The position numbers were made by a program, and so were the translations under genes. From NCBI RefSeq assembly GCF_009834535.1, contig NC_045697.1, forward strand, positions 58,840,001-58,904,000: 64,000 bases of DNA. Reading direction: 5' to 3'. This document shows positions 12,819 to 24,399 of the stretch, piece by piece. How positions within the stretch are numbered: position 1 is the stretch's first letter; every line of letters begins with the position of its first letter. This DNA comes from Camelus ferus. Lineage: Eukaryota. Below the pieces are notes generated by a model. The model was not told the origin of the DNA, did no database searches, and was given only the letters and a program-made list of their open reading frames with translations.

Positions 12819-13527
12819 CTACTGAAAAGCAAAATAGCCAAAGTGTATGCATACTTTCATACTAAAGAAACCACACCCTGTGAGAAATTCCTTAAGTTAG
12901 TTCTTGAGTGCTCTTATTAATTGCAACTCTGGGGACCAAAAGCACTTTAGCATTACAGAGTAAAAGACAGGCAGTCAGCCTGTTGGGTAATTTCACATTA
13001 GTAATGACTTATAAATGCCACTGTTAGGGAGCTCTATCCACTGGAACAGGCAGTGCTATCATTAAAACACTCAATTCTCTAGAGGGTACACACAGATAAT
13101 AAATGTGTTACCAACTTTTACTGCCTTATTTTTAATAAAACCACATAGTCTACGGATTCCAGCAATTCCTGATGCCTGATGTTTGGGAATCAATGATATA
13201 TTAGTAACAACAACAAAAAAAAAAAACTGTACCATGCATCCATTAAAATCCGTAATAAAAATCTGTGTTAGATAATATGTATGTATGAGTTCCTCTCATC
13301 CTCATTTAGGGATGGAGTTTGCTAATGTGTGTCTGTGTTAAGAATCATTTTAGTCTGATAAGCAAATTAAAAATCATTACGGCACAATAATTTAGGTTAT
13401 ATTCACTTTTGGATTATGACTAAATAATTTTTAAGAAGAAAAAGTTGATAAGCCTTTTACCTGAAAAGATCAGAATATAGATACTGATCTCTCTCCTTTC
13501 ATCTTCATCTCACCTTTTATTTACCAG

Positions 13528-13664
13528 TGTTGGACCTCCTATGAGCTTTATCTTGCTGTATATAGATTAGAGAATGCAAACTGGAGACTTTCTGTTAAAT
13601 CCTATGCTCAAAAATGCTTTAATCAATCCAGACAGTATTGGGCTATTAAGGGTTTTAAATATGA
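13528..13664 (+). pseudogene. Dynein stalk-region pseudo-exon (RLENANWRLSVKSYAQ, cf. SENVRWAEAVQNFKQ)
   Basis: Long pyrimidine tract + cag; TGA|gtgagt donor; open reading frame. Exact stalk position is ambiguous. Confidence 0.55.
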
Positions 13665-13729
13665 GTGAGTAACCATACTTCTAAAGATAGAAGATTGAAC
13701 ATAAAAACCTGTATTTTTGGTTTCTACTA

Positions 13730-13965
13730 AAAAATCTCAAGACCTGGCAACACTTGGGCCCATGTCATCACATTGTAAAAACTGGTGGTTAGCAATAAGA
13801 GCTCCTTCATCTTGGGTACCTCAATCTGATTTGCCGCAGCCTTCACCACACCCTAAAATTCTCATCACTGAGGCCAAATACCTATTTATCTAACAACTAG
13901 CTGCTTTCCATATTTAGTTTACTCTTCTACATTGTCTCCTAGCCTGGCAGGCATCTATGTTTGTT
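13730..13965. mobile_element. hAT DNA transposon relic (MER102-like)
   Basis: Resembles remembered MER102 consensus; ends approximate. Confidence 0.45.
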
Positions 13966-14442
13966 GAGTGAGGAGCTTTAAGTGTTTAGCAAAACCTTTC
14001 ATTTCAAAATAAGGAAGGCCCTTCCCCATTGTTCTCTGTACAGTAGGCCAGATGATCTTGGAAAGAGAGAAGTCAAATCTTGCTACTCAAAGCCTTCTAG
14101 TTTTCCTCAAACCCAAAGCCCTTACTCTGCCCCAAATAACCTCCCAGCAACAACTCCCACTTCCATAACTCTCGCATTCTCATACTCACCCCCTTGCTCA
14201 TTCTGCTTTGGTTACACCAGTTTCCTGGCTGTTCTTCAAATACCTGTCTCACAGTCTTCTTTTACTACTGGTTCCTTCTGTCTGGTATGCTCTTACCCAA
14301 GATACTGATCAGAAGTCACATTTTTCACTGTGATCCTTTCTGACTGTATTCTTTATAGCTGCAACCTTTTCATTACCCTGCCTTATGTTTCTTTGTATCA
14401 CTTTTTGACATATGATACACCATGTGTTTTGATAAACGGTAT

Positions 14443-15657
14443 CATAGGACTTTAGAACAGGCTTCTCCAAGATGTGTCACGTTGGCATGTGAATTACTTT
14501 GAGCTAAGTTAAGCAATGGAGACCCTGAGGTTCAAGAGAAATTACTGCCCTCCCCCTTTTTCCCCCCACAGAAAGAGTTATTTATTATCAGATAAATTTA
14601 ATCTAAGTGGTCTTATCTGTATGACAGGGCAGATGAACAAAAATTACCCCTTATCTGTTCTTTTTATTGTCCTGTGAATGACCCTCCTGTCCTTGAGTGC
14701 CCCAGGCCCTTACCCCATTCCTTAGGTCAGGATGTCATATAGATCTCATTTTACCTTTTCTGTCTCTAAACTTCTCATATATATGGGGATAGCACATGTA
14801 AAAAATTAAATTCAATTTTCTCATTTTAATCTGTCCCATGTGAATAATTTTTAAATCAGCCAGTGAAACAGAGTCCCACTAAAACTGAGTTTATGATTAA
14901 TTTCTCTATTCAAAACTTTATTCTCTTTCTTGTCCCACCCCATTCCCCTCAGAATTGAAGAGTATCAAAGAAAGGATTGAAACCAAACAGAACCCTGCAG
15001 AGCCTCCCAGATACAGAATACCCTCCATGTGCCCCATTTCTCATTTGTAGAAAAAGATTTTAGTCTCCTAGGTCTTCCCTGAGTTCCAAAGATCAGACTA
15101 AAGCAGTGACATGTTAAAGTGATGGAATGCAGAATAAAGGAAAAGCAGTTAAGCAAGATAGCTTAAGTAACAGTTCAGCCATAAAACAAAGTCCTAGTTC
15201 CTCCTCAAATATATTGTTATTAACCTGATGCGTATCTTTGAGTTGTTAGGCAGAAACTAAGACCTCTGCCCGGGTGGAAGACGGTGACTATATGCTGACC
15301 ACAAGCATGTCAACCCCAGACTGGTTGGAACCAGAAGGTTGATGATTAAGATTCCTGAAATACCACATGTTGCATCACCACCAACCAATCAGAAGAAAGT
15401 CATGTACTGTGCAACATTCATCCCAAAAGTTGCCTTTAAAAACTCTTCCCTGAAAGTCATCAGGGAGTTCAGGTCTTCTGAGGAGACCTGCCTCTTCTTC
15501 CTTCTTGTTGCCCTGCAAATAAATGCTGTACTTTCCTTCACTACAACCTAGTTTTAGTAACTTGGCTTTGCTATGCATCAAGGGAGAAGGCTGAATTTAT
15601 TAGGTTCAGTAACACCAGAAGAAGCTAGAAGGGTAGAGGAAAACCTTCTTTGGTACA
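14443..15657 (+). mobile_element. ERV1 solo LTR (MER34/MER39-like), interrupted by a younger LTR
   Basis: 4-bp TSD GTAT at 14439-14442 and 15658-15661; ends ...ggtaCA; shares ttggcatgtgaattactttgagcta with the LTRs at 16028 and 20074. Confidence 0.8.
14864..15614 (+). mobile_element. Younger ERV1 solo LTR nested in the previous one
   Basis: TG...CA termini; TSD CCAG at 14860-14863 and 15615-15618; CCAAT, TTTAAAA and AATAAA in order. Confidence 0.85.
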
Positions 15658-16027
15658 GTATTTCACTGAACTATATTTCCATTGTTTTCTTCTCTATCTG
15701 CTCCTCCTAGACTGCCTATCCAAGAAAGCAAAATATTCTGCCTGTTGCTCATTTCTATCCCATTGCTGTGTTCTCAGTATCTAAACAACTCCTAGAACAT
15801 ACTGGTAGTCAATTAATACTTACTGATAAAAGGTGGAAAGCATACAACCTGGACTTTATTTTTTGAATAGCCTCATTTGCCATTTGCATGCTTTAAGATA
15901 CACATTTCTGCTACCTTTTAGTTAGTAAATATTGAGGTAAGGGATACAGTATGTTAAAGTTAAGATACATCAATACAAATTGGAAGAAAATTCTCTTGCT
16001 GGACAATTAATGGCATTCTAAAGAGAA

Positions 16028-16589
16028 TGAAAAGGATCAGACTATGTGACCCCAGAATATGCCACATTGGTTTAAGGATTATTTTGAGCTAAAAGCAATT
16101 AAGAAACAGCAAACTCAAGAGGAGCTATTTGCCCTTCCACTTTCTATCTAAAAGCAGAATATAAATTTCCCTTATAGAAGGGAAATTTACATTTGTAGAG
16201 GTATCCTCCTCCCCCGTACCAGGATTAAGAGAACTACTCTGGAGACAACTCTTATCTCCTGAGATGAAAGAAATCTGCACAACCTTACTATATGATCCTT
16301 ATTACTCATGCTCCCCACATATTTCCCACAATTCCTTCCCTTTCCCAGAAGCCCCCAAACATTTTTCTGTATCAAGTCTCTGATATATACTCTTCTATGC
16401 TTTGTTAAAATGGTACATATGCCCCCAGATGTAACGCACTTTCTGGGTTTCCACTTCTTCTCTGGGATGCCCCCCACATGCATACAAAATAAATCTTTTC
16501 CCCTGCTTATCTGTCTCGCGTCACTTTAATGTGGAGGCTCCAAACTTTGAATCTAAGAAAGCAAAGAGGAAAGTTTTACCTCTTTTACA
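16028..16589 (+). mobile_element. ERV1 solo LTR (MER34-like)
   Basis: TG...CA; atatgccacattgg...ggattattttgagctaaa; AATAAA near 16488. TSD not recognisable. Confidence 0.8.
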
Positions 16590-17403
16590 CTAACATACAA
16601 TTTAATTCAGTGTGCCCCTGAAATTAAAGTGTAAATGTCATAAAATAAAAAATCTGTATTACTTAGTAATTGTTTTTTATACACTTAGATTCAGAATCAA
16701 TTTTCTTCCCCCTTTGTCTCTGTCTCTTCCTACTTTGTTTCTCTCTCTCACAAATACACAAACACACACACAGAGGTGGCGGGTTAGGAAATAGGTCATA
16801 GAAAATACAAATATAAACGACAGAACTAAGCATCTAATATTAAGAGAAAAATTTTTATAAATAAATACAACCACATATTTTAAATGTAAAAAAAGGTCCA
16901 AGTCTTTAACAATAAAAGTCTAGCTAATTAACACTTTGATATTCTCATTAAAGAGCTTTCATTCCAAATTGGGCTAAAAGTATTTCTTAATAATCTTATT
17001 AATTAATAAGGATTACAATAAATTCCTAAAACAAAGATTGGCAAAATGGGAACTGTTTTTTGTTTTGTTTTGTTTTTTTGTTTTGTTTCATTTTCCCCCC
17101 TTTTAATAGCTTCTACTCAAAAACTTTCTCCTGGGTCCACCAATGTGTAGAGGTATTGCCCTAGCACTAAACTAAAGAAAATTCCACATAACATTGATAT
17201 GTAAATTCTGATTGCCTCAGCTCAAATACTCTTCATTTGCATAAGCTAATTTAAAAATGGGCTGCTAACTTTGTTTTGAGCTTGAGAATGTGAAAATCCA
17301 AAGATGTCAATTGAACAAGTTAATTGAGGAGTTTAGAAATTTCCACCAAGTCTACAAAACATCCTGTTGCCTAGCCACTAATTAACCAAATACTTCCACT
17401 GGG

Positions 17404-17744
17404 TGAGACGCTTAGAAAAAGACAGTGTGGAAAATTAGTAAGTGGAAACCTCACTTAAACAGAATTGTGAGACCAGAAAGGGGAGCTCTCATGCCCTTTG
17501 ATGATAACAGAGCCCAACATGAAGACTCCTCTTCTTTCCGAGTAAAGACCTGGCCAACGAAAAGTCATGGACTCTTTGTTTACTAGAGTCCTCCCAACTT
17601 TCTTTTTCCCCTATAAAAGTGCTCATGGGGACTTGCAAGTGGGTCACCACAGTTGCAGATTCCAAATAATAATTCTCTTCCGATCCTGAATAAATCCATC
17701 TTTGTTGGAGAAATATCTAGCAGTCGATTTAGTTCAGGTCAACA
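17404..17744 (+). mobile_element. Short solo LTR (same family as 19344-19689)
   Basis: TG...CA; TATAAAA and AATAAA; flanks tggg/aggg. Confidence 0.75.
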
Positions 17745-18883
17745 AGGGTAAGCACTTGATAGAAAAATGCCCAATGAGTTAAAATTATTGTGATTTCCTT
17801 TTTATGCTTACTTTTATTCTTAATACTTAAATAATCATTCATTTTATTACATTGTGAGGTCAGCTAATTTATTATATTGTGAGTCAGCCAAAAATCAATT
17901 AATTAACTAACAAGTCCATATGGGAAAAAAATAAAGTTAAATAATGGTTAAAAATCACACAAACTGACGAGTTGTGTAATCAACTGATGAGGCTGAATCT
18001 ATTTTAATGTTAAATCATTTGCACTGTTTAACTTTCCTTAGTTAGCCTTCTGGGAAGTATTGTATGCTTGTGGGAACATAATTAATAGTTGTGCTATTTT
18101 ATCCAGAAAAAAAGAAATCTCTTTCTCTTCTGTCTAAAAATCTAAATATATTTTTCCATTTTATCTACTGCATTGAAAACTTATTTATGCTTATTTTTAT
18201 AGTTATATTTTAGGTACAGAGATGCTTATATACATAGACATGCTTTCTTTGGCTTTGGAATTTCAAGATAAAGGAGAGTGGAAATACAGAAATAACAGCT
18301 GTTTCACTTTTGTCACAGACTATTTGTATAAAACTTGATTAAGAGAAATCTGGCCAGCCAACATAGTTCACATTTCCAAATGTGAAAAATGCACCTATAA
18401 CTCATCCCCATTTCTAAAAGTGACTGGAGGCAGCATATAATTTAAACAGCAAGGTGCAATAAGCCAACACCTTTTACATATGCTGAAATTACCTGTTACC
18501 TTGTGTTGCATCACCCATTAGGCAAAGACTGAAAGTATACATCTTTCCCAGAACTTGGCATGGCATGGGACAGATTTTAGGCTCTTCAAAATATTTATGG
18601 AAACAGATAAGAAGTTGAATGTAGGACAGAATATGAAGAATAAATGAGAAAACAAGGAAAGAAGCTAAATGGAGAAGTAAATTTTTATATTTTTAGTATA
18701 CAAGGTCCAATAATGTAGTCTTGGCCTTGATATAACTAAGACAACTGACAAAAGGCCTTCCACACATAAAAGGAAAATATGACTCAGTGTAGTAGTACTA
18801 CCCTGTGATGCAAAGTTAAGCAATCTTCTGAGGATTTCCTTTTTTATTAAGTAAAAAATGAATACTTTTAAATTAAAAAGTCT

Positions 18884-19099
18884 GGACCAAAATTTGTAGA
18901 TACTGACAGGCATAGATAGAATAGATAAACAAGATTATACTGTATAGCACAGGGAAATATATACAAGATCTTGTGGTAGCTCACAGTGAAAAAAAAAAGT
19001 GACAATGAATATATGTATGTTCATGTATAACTGAAAAGTTATGCTCTACACTGGAACTTGACACAACATTGTAAAATGACTATAACTCAATTAAAAAAA
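18884..19099 (+). mobile_element. Young 5'-truncated L1 3' UTR (camelid-type)
   Basis: tactgtatagcacagggaaatatatac...ttgtaaaatgactataactcaa + poly-A. TSD aaaaagtct at 18875-18883 and 19100-19108. Confidence 0.85.
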
Positions 19100-19343
19100 A
19101 AAAAGTCTACATCAAGTATCTGTAACCAGTTACCTAAACCAGTTACCTACAGATTAGAAAATAAAGCAACCTGAAACTAAGTAGTGTCAATCAACTATAT
19201 TTCAATTTAAAAAAGAAAAAGTAAAGAAAGCAATTGGTAATAAAATCTGAGACAGCAGACTATGATCAAACAGTACTTCATTTGATACTACATTAGGCGT
19301 TCAATAAATTTGGTTGAATGAGGTAGTGTGTAAATGACATATA

Positions 19344-19689
19344 TGAGCCTTTAATCATTTAAAAAAACTAATAACCAGACACCTGAAATAAACAGTTGGG
19401 AAAACAAAAGGGGAGCTCTCGCGGCCTGTGCTGATAGCAGAACCCAATAAGAAGAGGGACTCACTCTTCCTGGCAAGGATCCAGCCAATGAAAAGCCAGG
19501 GATTTTCTTTATTATAGCCCTCCCAACTTCCTTTTCCTCTCTTTAAAAGCCCTCCCCGTCCCTTGCTGTGTGAGGGCTTGCAAGTGGCCTGTCATGGTTG
19601 TAGACCCCAGGTGCAATTCTTTGCTGATCCTGAATAAACTCATCTTTGTTGGATGAGTATCTGGCAGTACTATTTGATTCAGGTCAGTA
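19344..19689 (+). mobile_element. Short solo LTR (same family as 17404-17744)
   Basis: Shared blocks aaaggggagctctc, ctcccaactt, cttgcaagtgg, gatcctgaataaa, ttcaggtca. Confidence 0.75.
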
Positions 19690-20073
19690 ATTGTCACTAG
19701 GCCGATGTACCTGTATTTATTGAGTCTGTTCCCTAATAAGCGCTTATTCCTATAATCAATATGTATCATAAACACTTAAAATAATTAGCCCAAAACTGTT
19801 AAATAAGTGAAACTTGTCTAACAAAAAAATGGTGTTTTCCTTTTCCCTTAATAGACTGGTAACTTCTACATTTCTTCAGTCTCCTCCAGAGTTATTACTT
19901 TTAATTTTCATATTTGATGAAAGCAATATAAGGAAGAGGAAAATTACCAAAACATTTTTAACATGACAATATCCATAGTGTCATGATTTTTTTTAATACT
20001 TTCTGTTCTAGCTAAAAAAAGAATTCTGATTAATTATGACCTTTGAGGTACACCCATTTTTTTCCACTGAGCA

Positions 20074-20525
20074 TGAAGGGGAGCAGATTTTGTCACCCCC
20101 AAATATGTCATTTTGGCATGAAGATAATTTTGAGCTAAAGGTAATCAAAATCCCAACCGATTCAGGGACAGCTCTTTACCTCTCCCTCAATAGCCTTAAT
20201 TTCCACTGGATAGGAGGCCTGTACAAGGAAAAGAGCTATTACCAGAGATACCTTTCTACTTAAGAAACTTATCAGGTAACAGAGTAACTTTTGTTTTCTA
20301 AACATCTCTGCCTTCCTCTGTATGGTCTTCCACCCCTTTCCTTAGCTAGGATGTTATATAAGCTTCAGTTACCCAGCTGCCTTTTGAGTCTTCATCTTTA
20401 TGGGGCTCCTGCACATACATAATTTTGTTTGTTCTTCTCCTGTTAATCTGTTTCATATCAGCTTAATTATTAGACCAGCCAAAGAACCTAGAAGGGAAGA
20501 GGGTAAATTCTTTTATTCCCTTACC
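20074..20525 (+). mobile_element. ERV1 solo LTR (MER34/39-like)
   Basis: tgaagggg...aaatatgtcattttggcatgaagataattttgagcta...agaacctagaaggg; flanks agca/ggca. Confidence 0.8.
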
Positions 20526-21215
20526 GGCACATGACTGGTTTTATAATTACACAAAACATCACTAGAATTTGCCAATATTTGAAAGGCAAGTTTCTAAATA
20601 ATTAAGTTTAGGAGTCAGGATTTATTATATGATTTGAAATAGTTACACCTGCCTCAAGGCGTAGTACTGGAAAAAAATATCCATAGAATCCTCAGCTTAA
20701 TCTAAAAGAAATATACAGTGACTCTTGGATCAGGTGCTTAGCTAAAGTCTACTAACAGTCGAGTTGATACGAAAAAGGACAAGGTAGCTACAGTGTGATT
20801 AACATCGTCAATGTCAAAATTCACAAGTGTCTAATCACACACATACACACACAAACTCACAATCAAGCACTGAAAGGTCCTATGACTAGCTCAATTTAGA
20901 ATGTAAATAGTGAGATATTTAGGAATTACCTGGATTTATAGTGCCATTATTTAATAGGGTAACTACTTAGTTGGCCAGCTCCCTAGATTAATGACCCATA
21001 AATTAATAAATATAACACAACTTTAAAACTATGCCTTAGCCAGTCTCTCAAAATGATTCAGCCTCACAAGGAAGAATACTTCTGGAATAATATTTATATT
21101 CTTTCCTTTGTTATCCCTTGACTACTGTCTTTATCGCTGATTCACCATTCACCACAGCAAATTACTTAAAATATTTAGTCTGTTACTTCATAAAGTGAAT
21201 CAATGACGATTACAG

Positions 21216-22098
21216 GACATTGCAGTAATCTGTATTCCCATAATACTTTATTGGCGTATCCAATTAGAATACGTGCACACGTGTGCGTGCATACCTGAAT
21301 TACTGTTCAGGTAAGGCCGCCTCTTTCTCAGAAAGCGTCTCTGGCAAACCCCATTAACAACTCCCCGGAAATAAAAACAGACTGTCGGTAATAAAATAAA
21401 GTCTAACCATTTTTTTTCCCTTTTCCTTTCCATCGTGCTTACTCTTATTTTCACTTGCTCACAGGGCCGTGCAGACCGGAGCTCCTCTTGGGAAGTGCCG
21501 GGCGGACGCCTCACGGGGGCGCGTGCAGCAGCGCAGCGCGGGACACTGCAAGATGGCGGCGGCCGGTGTGCAGAGACGCTGCGCGGGCGCCCAGCGAGCG
21601 CTGAAGTCCCGCGAGCTGCACGGCTGCGCCCGCCCCGCGAGAACTGCTCCCGCTCCCCGACCCGCTGACCAGATCCCTCTAAAGCAGCCCCTCCCAATGC
21701 CTGTCCTGGCGCGCGTGGCCTCCAGAGCACCAGCTGGCACCAATCCATGGTCTGATCAGAGAATGAAGCCTTCCCATCCTTCTGAACCCAACTCAGTCTT
21801 GTTCTATTGGCCTGAACTACACAGGGCAGAAGGACCCGCCCCAAGGACCTGACCCATGGACTGACCCAGGAAGGTCGGTAACAAAAGTAAAGAAGTTGGA
21901 AATTCTCTAAGAGAAGTGAATTATTTTAATTGATCATGTATTATCCTTTTTAGGACCCTCCAGTTAGTCTTCTTATCCCAGAAAACACAGCAGAAGAAAA
22001 CACCATCTAGTTCCATGACTCTACTTATCTTCTCCACCTCAACTGAATTGCAAAGTAAAATTATTCTGATCAGAAAAAATTGTAAAGATGAAGATACT
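21216..22098 (+). pseudogene. Three dynein AAA5-region pseudo-exons: 21216-21310, 21465-21873, 21954-22098
   Basis: Intron 21311-21464 has CAG|gtaagg, a ctaac branch point, a pyrimidine tract and cag. Peptides W-x10-S-xx-N...YWP / DPPQGPDPW and DPPVSLL..NT....I*FHDS resemble AAA5 (W...S.EN...RWPL.IDPQ.Q..W; DP.L..LL..NT...I..GD). Confidence 0.6.
21250..21880. promoter_or_regulatory. CpG island / candidate bidirectional promoter
   Basis: Dense CpGs at ~21465-21720. YY1 CAAGATGGCGGC 21549-21560; ETS CCGGAAAT ~21365; palindromic E-box GCACACGTGTGC 21275-21286; CCAAT boxes on both flanks; GC boxes ~21629 and ~21835; minus-strand donor AGA|gtaagc at 21442. Confidence 0.75.
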
Positions 22099-22972
22099 GT
22101 ATGAATTTTAAGAATCAAACATATTTGATGTATTTAAAACGCAGTATCAGTCTTCAGTGCAGTGGTTTCCTCCACAACAAATATACTAGATAGTACCTGC
22201 AGATTAAGACAGAATAAACCTTCAAGTGGTATATTTCATGCTATTTCTGTATTTTTCCAGAAAGGTAAATAATTTGATTTCTTCCTGCATCATTGCAGTA
22301 TGAAAAAAAATTATACTCTTCGAACAAGTACCCTCAAGTCAGAGCAATGTCAGTTTTGATAACATTTCACCACACTTATTGTAAATGTAATTAAAAATCA
22401 AATTGCAATCTTTAAATGTAAAATTTCTATGATAATCTAAAAAGAAAAAAGTTCCTTAAATTAAGTTCCTTAAATACACGAATTTATTGAAAAGTTTAAG
22501 TTTATATTAGGTTGCTGGAAAAAACAAAATTTCACCAATTTCTTAAAACAGTCACATCATTTACTAATCATTGCATAGATTCATTATACTAATTGATTTA
22601 GCTAAAAAATATTTTCTAGTGTTTAATAAATGCTAGATATTGTTCAAGGCCCTGTGAATACAGCAGTGATTAAGCCAGATACCAAATCTCATGGCATCTT
22701 ATATTTTAGAGGGATAAAGGTAGAACTTGGGAGGCAGATAATAAACAGAAAATAATTAATGAAAGTATCTAGTCTTCTTCAGGGAATTAAAATAGGATGA
22801 TGTGGTAAAGAGTAACTATTTTACTTTTTTGTCAAAGAAGGTCTCTACGAAGGTGACAAACTGAGGACTGCAGAGGAAATATTCAAGTAAAAATGAGGAG
22901 GAACAATCAAGGCAGAGGGCATAACTAAGGCAAAGGCGCTGAAGTGAGAGCTTCATGGGTAAGGGGGGTGAG

Positions 22973-23885
22973 CAGAGGTGTGTTGATAAATGTTTAACAG
23001 GCTTTCTAGAAAAATACATGTGTATATAGAAATATACATTCAGTTTATTATAAATTTTACTGATATAAAAGATATATAACACACAATTTGCAAACAATAA
23101 TAAAATATGCAATAGCCTATGTTGTAAATTCTATATAGCCAATTGATTCTCACCGAATGCTGTCACTGACTTGCTGAATTCTTGTATCTGTAGCCAAAGT
23201 TAGGCTGTAACTAATATAACTGTAGTTCCTAAGTGAATGCTGATTGATATTTCTGTTTATTTTTATGAGCAAGATGAAAATAAAACAACAAAGACAAATG
23301 TTGAAACTTCACTATTTCCTGGGTAATGTGAGTAATTTCTTTGCTATATTGCACAATAGTTTCTAAATTCTGGAATATCTCCTCGAATTTTTATGCCATT
23401 CATAATGTGACAGCTACACAGACACACTGTTAAATCTACACTAATAATTTTCTCCAATACTTTCGTACGTCTAGACAATCAATGAAACATTAAGTAAGCC
23501 CTGATTTATAATGTTTTCCCATTTCTATGGTTAAACACTCCCTCCAGAGTTGATCTGAAGCTATCAACACAACTTCACTGTACATGAAATTGGGAAGAGA
23601 GGTGCAAAAGCAAACCATTACATAGTATTTTGATCATATACATACAGTACACATGAAAAGACCCCCCAAATATCTATATATTTTATAGATAATAGTAAAA
23701 TGTAATAAAATGATTAGAAAGTGATGATCTTGGAGTATTTACTGCATTTGATTGTGATGTAATTTACTTAATTGTAAGATTATATAGTATTTTTAATAGT
23801 TGGTTTTAACAACTGGCTTGCTAATTTTCTGAAAATTTACCAGTTGCTTCCCACAGGTCCAAAGCAAGCTGACTCCAGCACGCTG
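22973..23885. mobile_element. hAT DNA transposon (MER63-like) inserted in a minus-strand L2 (about 22570-24200)
   Basis: Degenerate terminal inverted repeats cagaggtgtgttg...ccagcacgctg; subterminal tttaaca motifs. Confidence 0.65.
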
Positions 23886-24292
23886 GTTCAATATGGATAT
23901 AAAGTGACACAAATGAGGCTGCAGATGTAAACGTGGACATAGCAGGAAAGGGTTTTGTAAACCAATGAAGCGAGTTTTTATTTCACTGAAAGAATAAAGA
24001 AAAACCACTAGAGGGTAGAAATCACGAGAGAGATATGACTCATTTGTGTTTTAAAATGTTCCTTCTCAGTACTCTAGAGAATTGATTCCAAAAAGGAAAA
24101 ACATACGCAGGAAGACCAGATAGAAGCTACTGTAAAAGCTTAGTTGAGAAAGAACGATGGCTTAGAAAAGGTTGTATTTGTTGCAATGATGTTTTAGAGG
24201 TAGCTTGACTAGACTAATTGATGGATTCAGGTGGAGGCAGCACAGCCCATAGATCAGACGTAGAAAACCCACATATCACATTCACAGCAATT

Positions 24293-24294
<2 letters not shown>

Positions 24295-24350
<56 letters not shown>
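24295..24350. repeat. (TA)n microsatellite
   Basis: Direct reading. Confidence 0.97.
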
Positions 24351-24356
<6 letters not shown>

Positions 24357-24399
24357 TAAATAAATTATTAATAAATTAAGTAAATATATTAAATATTAA

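Larger units (their letters stand above)
14010..15830 (+). mobile_element. L2 3' region split by the LTR nest (about 14010-14438 and 15662-15830)
   Basis: L2a-like text (tcattctgctttggttacaccagtttcctggctgttcttcaaa) resumes after the LTR and reaches the L2 terminus. Confidence 0.7.

Noticed and set aside
12280..12865. Long ORFs rich in E, R, L, P and S in several frames
   Set aside because: By-products of the (GGA)/(GAA) repeat and the adjacent SINE.
17404..19689. Two same-family LTRs as the ends of one provirus
   Set aside because: They are clearly diverged from each other, with no primer-binding site or gag/pol remnant between them and no shared outer TSD.
21469..21660. Thrombospondin/ADAMTSL-like look of QQRSAGHCKM...GCARP
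   Set aside because: Lacks the WxxW/CSxxCG core; GC-rich codon bias explains it, and the flanking residues fit dynein AAA5 better.
21248..21844. 198-aa minus-strand ORF across the CpG island
   Set aside because: No recognisable homology; it runs through a splice donor; long ORFs are expected in GC-rich DNA.
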